This document shows positions 57,022 through 64,000 of a DNA stretch of 64,000 nt, piece after piece (within the stretch, counting starts at the first letter, position 1; each line of letters begins with the position of its first letter). The position numbers and the translations under genes are program-made. Origin of the DNA: Mayamaea pseudoterrestris (lineage: Eukaryota); assembly GCA_027923505.1 (NCBI GenBank), contig BROI01000003.1, forward strand, positions 1,364,001 through 1,428,000, written 5' to 3'. The notes under the pieces were generated by a model. It was not told the DNA's origin and made no database searches. It saw nothing but the letters and a program-made list of their open reading frames with translations.

Positions 57022-57642
57022 ATGAATATGAAGCCATCAGCACTTGCATTAGATACAGATACAAACGGAATCAATGCATGGAAACCCAATAAGGATGTAG
57101 GCAATTTGCGGCGACGAACCGAAGACATTGAATATTGGCGGCAGCGGGCTGGTTGGTTCAATGACGACGAGTCAATGCGAGAATACAACCAGGGCGTATA
57201 CGATACATACTACGAAATTGACGATGATGGATCTGGCCGTAATCATCGAAGTCGATTAGGAAGCAGCAAACAACGAGAAATCGCCAAGAATGTTTTGAAG
57301 GTAACGGCTGTTCTAGTCGCGCTGGGTCTGTTAGTGCTCATGTGCAAGACGCTCATGCGCCGACTTGGTTCCAGCAAGAGGGAGAAGGTCAGTTCTGACT
57401 CAAAGTCACGCTCTGGCCGATCCAAAAGTCGGTCGCGATCTCGTTCTCGTTCTCGAAAAACGTCTGATAACAATTATGAGCTCATGGACGAGGATGGTTC
57501 ACGCAGCAAGCGATCATCGCGAAGCAAGAGTCGAACGAGACGCAGTCGAAGCCGAAGTCGTCAGCGATCGAGTTCCAAGTCTCGACCGGAGAAGAAGCGA
57601 GAGGAGGAACCGGTTGCAATAGAACCTACTGTCCTTGTGTAG
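57022..57642 (+). CDS. Hypothetical single-TM protein with an RS-rich tail
   Basis: 206-aa ORF, hydrophobic helix, then SRSRSR repeats. The start may lie further upstream. Confidence 0.6.
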   Translation: MNMKPSALALDTDTNGINAWKPNKDVGNLRRRTEDIEYWRQRAGWFNDDESMREYNQGVYDTYYEIDDDGSGRNHRSRLGSSKQREIAKNVLKVTAVLVALGLLVLMCKTLMRRLGSSKREKVSSDSKSRSGRSKSRSRSRSRSRKTSDNNYELMDEDGSRSKRSSRSKSRTRRSRSRSRQRSSSKSRPEKKREEEPVAIEPTVLV

Positions 57643-58004
57643 TAGTGTCGCAGCATATACATGTTGTTGACATTTTCCGCTGGCAGCTCGACAGCTCATA
57701 CGTTGTTTGTCTATTGCGCCAGCTATCGCTTTACTGTGACGAGGTGATTTCCATTATAATCTATAATACCCTTTTTGACACGCTAGTTGTTCGTATACTG
57801 CAGTATGTGTATAGTTTCCAGGATTGCTGCAAAGAAGCCTGCGAGTTCAGTCTATCTGCTACACGAAGTAACGGCGCGGATTCTTTATACGAAAGGACTT
57901 GGCTTGGCGGCTATACATGCACAATTCTATACACATATGCAATGAAGTAGTTTCTATTGCAAAAACCAATCTCTTATATCAAACTGACTGTCTACATACA
58001 TCCC

Positions 58005-59353
58005 TTATGCCTTCTTGGCCTCCTCATACGCCCAGGTGAGCCATGGCATGAGCTTTTCCACATCAGCCGTCTCGACGGTTGATCCGCACCAAATGCGAAT
58101 GGACGGAGGAGCATCCCGGTAGCCACCAATGTCCAGTGCAACATTCTCCTTGTCCAGCATGGAAACAAACTTCTTAATTTGGTCGGCCGTCAAGTCTAGC
58201 GTCAGACAGACTGAAGTGGACGAACGCGTTGCCGGATCCTTGGCCAAAAAGTTGATCCAATCATTCGTTTCCACAAAACCTTCAAGAACCGCCAAATTAT
58301 TCAAACTAATTTGCTTCAATCCAGCCACTCCACCAATCGAGTCGGCCCACTGCAAGGCGTCAATGTAGTCTTCGACGCAAATCATACTGGGCGTGTTAAT
58401 GGTGCTGCCCTGGAAGATGGATACATCTACCTTGCCCTTCTTTGTCATTCTAAAAATCTTGGGCAATGGACGATTCTCTGGAACATACGACTCCAATCGC
58501 TCGACAGCCTTTGGACTCAAAATCAAGACACCATGTCCACCTTCGCCGCCAAGTACTTTTTGCCACGAGTAAGTGGTAATATCGAGCTTGCTCCATGGCA
58601 TGTCCATGGCGAAACAGGCCGAGGTTGCGTCGCACAAGGTCAAACCTTGGCGCTCGTCCGAGATAAAGTCGCACCCGTCGGGAACGCGGACACCAGAGGT
58701 CGTTCCGTTGAACGTGAAGCAAATGTCATTCTCCGGGCTCGTCTTGGTCAAGTCGGGTAAATGTCCATAGTCGGCCGTATGTTCATTAACAGTCACGCCA
58801 TTTTCACGCAACTTCAAGTGCGAAACGGCGTCTCCAAACCATCCCTTGCCAAAGGATTCCCAGTGACAAATGTCAACGTTGCGGGCACCCAAAACGTTCC
58901 ACATTGCCATTTCGTAGGCTCCAGTGTCAGACGCCGGTACAATACCAACAAGGTAGTCTTCTGGAATGCCAAGAATGCGCTTTGTTTCGCTAATGGCCAA
59001 TGCAAGACGTTCCTTGCCAATCTTGGAGCGATGGGATCGGCCAAGTATTCTTTGGTCGAGCTTGCTAATGTCGTAGCCCGGGCGCTTCTTGCATGGACCC
59101 GAGGAAAACTCTGGGTTGGTGGGCTGTAAAGAAAAGAAAAGCAAAGAAAAGCAAGATTCAGTAAGTCACAACTGTAGCTGGTGTAAATGCAATGGTTCGC
59201 ATTAGTCACAAGCTAGCTCCGTCCAGCGGCTGTTGTTCGACGAACCTTGACGGATGGAGCCGCACTCATTGCTCGCAGGGTCATGGTTCCAACGCGTGCA
59301 GACGAACCACTGCTGCGCACAAAGGCAATGACGGAAGGACTAAAGCGCATCAT
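58005..59353 (-). CDS. serC: Phosphoserine aminotransferase (Methanosarcina/alphaproteobacterial type); exons 59353-59246, 59123-58005
   Basis: P.NP.FSSGPC.KRPG, LGRSHRS, VPASDTGA, NGTTSGV, CDATSA, YSWQKVLGGEG, YRDAPP.IRIWCG. R/S-rich N-terminal presequence. Confidence 0.92.
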
Positions 59354-59905
59354 GGTATGAGATAATCTTCTGCTTTTGGTATGAGCGATGGGCAGGCACG
59401 GCGAACAAGTGGGAAGATCGTCCGATGACTTGGAAAAGTGGCGATGGTCGTTTGGATGGTGGAAATCGGACGGTCGCGGTGCGCATCATCGAATGTCTCA
59501 CTGCTGTCGTAACGGTTCACGATGTCTTTGAGACGTCTGGACAAGACACGTCATGCAGGGGCAATTGGTCAAAAAGGGTGACGTCTTTCCTGCGACCAAT
59601 CAGCGATTAAGATGTTTGGGGATGGCCAATGACCAAGCTCACATTTCGGGATCCTACCAAGCAGTGACGTAGGCTTCTACAGAAGCGAAGATTTCCTTCG
59701 GGGGTTGAAGCGTGGCCTTCCAAAACGCAACGCAAGACACAGGATCCAAAACAAGCCGATGGCTGCAGCGACAGATCCAATCTTGAACATCAACAATCGT
59801 TGCCTGCGGTTAACAGACAACACCTGTATCTACAACTATCACTCGAGAGGGTATATATTAGATAGACGCACTCAATAGTTTGTCTCCTTGTAGAGGCCAG
59901 TGCTG

Positions 59906-61435
59906 ATGGAGCATCCGAGAATCGTTCCGACAGAATTCGCAGAAACATCCGCGTTACCTGAAGAATATACTAACAATTGTAGCCAAGACGCAACCGACGA
60001 GCAGGAAGATCCAATTTCCACCATTGCTGTACTAGCAGATACCATTATGCGACCCCTTTCAATGGACGCAACACCAACCAAATCTCGCTTGACACTCTCC
60101 GCCTTTCGAAGACATGCCATTTGCCTCACCAAGGCTGATCCAAATCGAAGGCTTTCGGACGAATATGATTTGCACGCGTCGGGAAGTCGTGGAGTGTTAG
60201 GCCATGGCGCTTTCTCAACGGTGCGACTGGCTGTCCGAGCTGCTGATGGCGTCAAGGTGGCGATCAAAACAATTGCCAAGCATGAAGCATTACGATCAAG
60301 GCGACTGCGTGTTCGTGGGCGGCGCTACGTGGAGGAGTGGGAGATTCTACAGCGCTTTCAAGATCATCCACATATCATCAGTCTCTTGGATGTTTTTGAG
60401 ACAGACGAGGAAATTCAGCTAGTATTGGAATACTGCGAAGGCGGTGAGCTCTTTGCCGCGCTCCAACAGAAACCATGTCGATCCGAATCAGCTCGAAGGT
60501 ATACCGAAGCACAAACCTCGCAAATTACCTGTCAGATCCTTCAAGCATTGTGTAACTTGCACGAGGCGGACATTGTACATCGTGACGTTAAAGCAGAGAA
60601 CATTCTACTAGTTTCCAACAAGGAGGAAAACGACATTCATGTCAAGCTCTGCGATTTTGGTGTAGCAAGACCTCTGTTTGACCAGGAAACTGAGTCGGAT
60701 AGTGACCACACGGACGAGGAGGAGGGACCAGCGACACCATCACCTGTGGTTACACCTGGACGCATCCAAAGGTCGTACAGCATTGTTGGAAGCGATTACT
60801 ACACTGCGCCTGAAGTTGGGTTCTCCGATTGCTACAGTCCAGCCATTGATGTTTATTCATTGGGAGTTACCGTCTATATTCTCCTCTGCGGATTTCCGCC
60901 CATTTTTGCCGGTGAGAATGAAACGGAAGTCATGTTTCCCAGTTCATATTGGAATGATATTTCCCCAGAAGCAAAGGCACTAGTGGCCAAGATGCTGCAG
61001 CCTGTTCCATCCGATCGCATTAGTGCCAAGGAAGCCATGTCTGACCCATGGATCACGAGTCACTTGAAGATTTTGCCTAAACTGCAGCCGCGATATCCTC
61101 ATAGCACCAACCTTGACCTAGTTTGTCGTCGCCTCTACACATCGGTCACTGCCGAAGCTGCAACACAAGCAGGCAGCAGGAAGCGGTCTTACTCGGTGAT
61201 TAGTAGCAGCACTGCTCAGTCGCCTTGCCGGCCGCGGGCACGCAGCTCAAGCGTTGTCATGGCGCTGGCGGACATTTGCCGCAACATTACGGCACTGGAG
61301 GCTGGTGATCATCATCCATTCCTTGTGGAAGGTCCCATGACGGCAATGCAAGCAAGTTTGAGTGGGGGCGGTGTACATCGCTATGATTCCAATGTGGAGG
61401 AGCCGACAAGCTCTGCACCAGTGGCTGCTTTGTAA
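59906..61435 (+). CDS. CaMK-group Ser/Thr protein kinase
   Basis: LGHGAFSTV, VAIK, HRDVKAEN, DFG, YTAPE, DVYSLGV, CGFPP. Confidence 0.93.
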   Translation: MEHPRIVPTEFAETSALPEEYTNNCSQDATDEQEDPISTIAVLADTIMRPLSMDATPTKSRLTLSAFRRHAICLTKADPNRRLSDEYDLHASGSRGVLGHGAFSTVRLAVRAADGVKVAIKTIAKHEALRSRRLRVRGRRYVEEWEILQRFQDHPHIISLLDVFETDEEIQLVLEYCEGGELFAALQQKPCRSESARRYTEAQTSQITCQILQALCNLHEADIVHRDVKAENILLVSNKEENDIHVKLCDFGVARPLFDQETESDSDHTDEEEGPATPSPVVTPGRIQRSYSIVGSDYYTAPEVGFSDCYSPAIDVYSLGVTVYILLCGFPPIFAGENETEVMFPSSYWNDISPEAKALVAKMLQPVPSDRISAKEAMSDPWITSHLKILPKLQPRYPHSTNLDLVCRRLYTSVTAEAATQAGSRKRSYSVISSSTAQSPCRPRARSSSVVMALADICRNITALEAGDHHPFLVEGPMTAMQASLSGGGVHRYDSNVEEPTSSAPVAAL

Positions 61436-61887
61436 GCATCGAGTGTTAAGTTTGTATGTATATAATCTCTCTGTCATAGATGGTTAAATCAACGTTTGTA
61501 CAATTTTATGGGTAGTTGGATAGCGTCGGCAACTTTTGCGCTTCGGCAGCGGTGCGGGACTCGATGACGTTGCGGCCGTGTCGCACGGCCGAGCGCCGCG
61601 AGCCACAACTCCCATCGAGGGTCGCATCTTCTTCTAGCTCTTGGCCTGTTCCTGCGCTGTCAATCATTCAAGCTTAATTTGTTGTGAATAGTGGTATGTT
61701 CTTGCATTATGTTGTCACGATTACTGCTTGGGTTATCTGTGAGGCCGACAAGTCGCGGGAGAGCAAGCAATAGGAGGACGAGTAATGGCCGTGTTACTTG
61801 CACTTGCGGAAACGAAACGGATTGCCGACGCATGACTTCTAACTAGCAAATCCTTCATTCTTTTTTGCAGAAATCTCATTATCAATC

Positions 61888-62374
61888 ATGCTGTCAGCTC
61901 TACGTACCCTGTCATCGCGCGTCGCCGTCCGTGCGACTCCTACGCTGCTCAGTGCCATGCGCACGCAACAACCCGCTCCAATGGTCTTTGCGGTTCGACA
62001 CTTTTCGGCACCACCGGTACGTTACAGTGAGAGTATTGTATTGCCAAAAAAGGGAGTTAATTCAAGTAGCATGTGTGATCTGTTGCTTATTTTGGTGCAC
62101 TCCTTCCCGTGCTTCACAGGCATTTTTGGATCCCTCTGAGGTGACGGACCGCATCATAACTGTTGTCAAGAACTTTGATCAAGTCGACCCTACCAAAGTG
62201 ACACCCGATACAATCTTTGGAAAGGACTTGGGCTTGGACAGTCTTGATATTGTTGAGGTTGTCATGGCGATTGAGGATGAGTTTGCTATTGAGATTCCGG
62301 ACCAAGAGGCGGACAAGATTGTCAGTATCAAAGATGCGATTAAATACATTGCGACTCATCCCATGGCAAAGTAG
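61888..62374 (+). CDS. ACP: Mitochondrial acyl carrier protein; exons 61888-62016, 62120-62374
   Basis: Mitochondrial-type presequence, [24 protein letters not shown] intron. Confidence 0.93.
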
Positions 62375-62509
62375 AAAGAATTAGGTTGCAAAAGTCGTTT
62401 GAAATGTTATTAGTTATTAGCTGAACAAAGATAATATAGTCGTAGTTTGATTCGGCATGGCCATCATTGCATTGACCGACAGCCTCGTCAAGCCAAGTCA
62501 ATCTCCATT

Positions 62510-63991
62510 CTATCTTAACGTTCTCCCGGTGGACGATCGTTGCCGCTTATCCGATCGACTGCTTTTCGAAACTAGCGAGTCTACCCACTTTGTGCAGGTC
62601 CATATTCCGCCAACAATCGCCATTAGCCGAATCAACAAGTGCGTCAATGGTACTCTCACTGGTTCCACCTCGACAGAGAATGGATAAATCTCGTATATGA
62701 AAAAGATTCCCGGCAGTATCGAGTTTCGAACATGATGATGCGCATGCTGTCCCGCCCCCTGCTTGACGTGAGCGCTCACTGAACCCTGCTTCGGCAAGAG
62801 CCCACCGGGATCGGCATTAGCGACATCATCATCTTGTATCTCCTCCTGAAAGTGGTCGTCATCGTCGTACCAGTCCTTGTTCAACGGTCGAAATCGCTCG
62901 GTGAAAAAGTAACGATTCGTTTCGAGCGGGCCGCCATTCTCGCCCTTGCCAAGATACGTGGTGGGGACAACCTTAATGAAATATTGGAACAGTCCAGTCG
63001 TTCCAGTTTGCTTTGAAACCAGTTTGATAATACCATCCATTGTCGCTTGCTCTGAAGATTCTCCTTGACTCTCCGGTAATCCAAAGCTCAAGTGATGAAT
63101 GATATGCGACGCATTAAAGTTGGGTGTATCATCTGGGACGAACGAATGAATGTGTCGACCGTCCCGTTCCAAACCTTCGCCCATAGCAATGTGGAAGTTT
63201 CCAGCCACTCGGTTTATCACCATGTGTCCGCTCAAATTACATCCTTCACCATGCTTCATGCGTTTGGGCGTCTTCTTGTCGCGACCTTCTCGTATACACT
63301 GCTCGGCAGTCAACTCAATGATATCAGTTCGCCATCGCTTCTTGGCGTAGGCTTCCAAAAGTTCGTCGCACGAGTTGCAGCACTCAGTTTCGGATTCCTG
63401 AGCACCAAAGCATGGGCCGCAGTAGTTTTCTGGTAATTCAGCGTTGAGTACTCTATCCTTTACAGCTTGCTCCTTCTTGTGCTTGTTGCTTTCAACCATT
63501 TCGCCGTTCCCAATTGGTATTCCTCGCTTCAAGCGCACCTTACGCAGCGTGTCGTCAATGTTTAATTGCGAGTCGCCAGCAACGTCCATGACATCAACGT
63601 GCAAGTCTTCGCACGCCAGACCGGGAAAGGTGATATTGAGGTTGACCCGCATGCGCTTGCCAAGCGACGTATCAACGCGAATATGCTCCAAAGTAGTGCC
63701 ATTGGCGTACCTCCAATGCACAATTTCCGCCATGAGAAAAACAAATATGAGGACATAAGCAATCAGTGACATGAACCCGCCTCCTTCCGTCGTCATTGTA
63801 TATTCTTGATCCACCTTTGGAAAGAGAAAATCAAGCTTCTTGACAACATTTGGAGACGGCGCTATTCGTCCATTCGTCTTGCCATATCCATTGCCGCCAT
63901 CATTATTATTGCTGCCGCCGCTATATCCATAGTAAGCTTCCATGTTTCGCTTGCGCAGTTGCGTCGTCGGTCGCCCATATCCTCGCATCAT
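62510..63991 (-). CDS. ERGIC3: ER-Golgi intermediate compartment protein 3 (Erv46)
   Basis: KLDFLFPK, NITFP..C..L.VDVMD.AG, YCGPCFGA...CCNSC, VAGNFH, FQYFIKVVPT. Confidence 0.92.
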   Translation of the reverse strand: MMRGYGRPTTQLRKRNMEAYYGYSGGSNNNDGGNGYGKTNGRIAPSPNVVKKLDFLFPKVDQEYTMTTEGGGFMSLIAYVLIFVFLMAEIVHWRYANGTTLEHIRVDTSLGKRMRVNLNITFPGLACEDLHVDVMDVAGDSQLNIDDTLRKVRLKRGIPIGNGEMVESNKHKKEQAVKDRVLNAELPENYCGPCFGAQESETECCNSCDELLEAYAKKRWRTDIIELTAEQCIREGRDKKTPKRMKHGEGCNLSGHMVINRVAGNFHIAMGEGLERDGRHIHSFVPDDTPNFNASHIIHHLSFGLPESQGESSEQATMDGIIKLVSKQTGTTGLFQYFIKVVPTTYLGKGENGGPLETNRYFFTERFRPLNKDWYDDDDHFQEEIQDDDVANADPGGLLPKQGSVSAHVKQGAGQHAHHHVRNSILPGIFFIYEIYPFSVEVEPVRVPLTHLLIRLMAIVGGIWTCTKWVDSLVSKSSRSDKRQRSSTGRTLR

Positions 63992-64000
63992 GGTATTGTT

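Overview
Eukaryotic nuclear DNA, most likely from a pennate diatom. This rests on CoDi-type Ty1/copia elements, short GT-AG introns, bipartite plastid-type presequences, a TrpE-TrpG fusion and MSH1. The window has two parts. (1) 1-27.3 kb is TE-rich and heterochromatin-like: a copia 3' end sits in the LTR of a Ty3/gypsy element, whose pol is interrupted by a 676-bp TRIM. The TRIM has identical 206-bp LTRs that each carry a tRNA-like Pol III-type module (B box GGTTCGATTCC). After these come decayed genes (urea transporter, Crinkler-like NTPase), three host genes, a second 5'-truncated chromodomain-bearing copia copy, a 6.66-kb array of ~181-bp satellite monomers, and two short relic satellites (~183-200 and 169 bp). 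(2) 27.5-64 kb is gene-dense housekeeping sequence: IMPase, PRMT1, GT4, VOC protein, MSH1, TTM-GTase capping enzyme, FCP1, ZIP, ALDH, TrpEG, xylulokinase, PSAT, CaMK, mtACP and ERGIC3. The top candidates for novelty are the tRNA-like-LTR TRIM, the satellite domain with its chromo-copia (a candidate centromere or heterochromatin block), a DNA Pol I thumb-like module on MSH1, and SAP motifs on anthranilate synthase. At least one apparent 1-bp homopolymer error (ZIP C-terminus) means single frameshifts should be read with caution. All calls are from motif recognition by eye; no searches were run.
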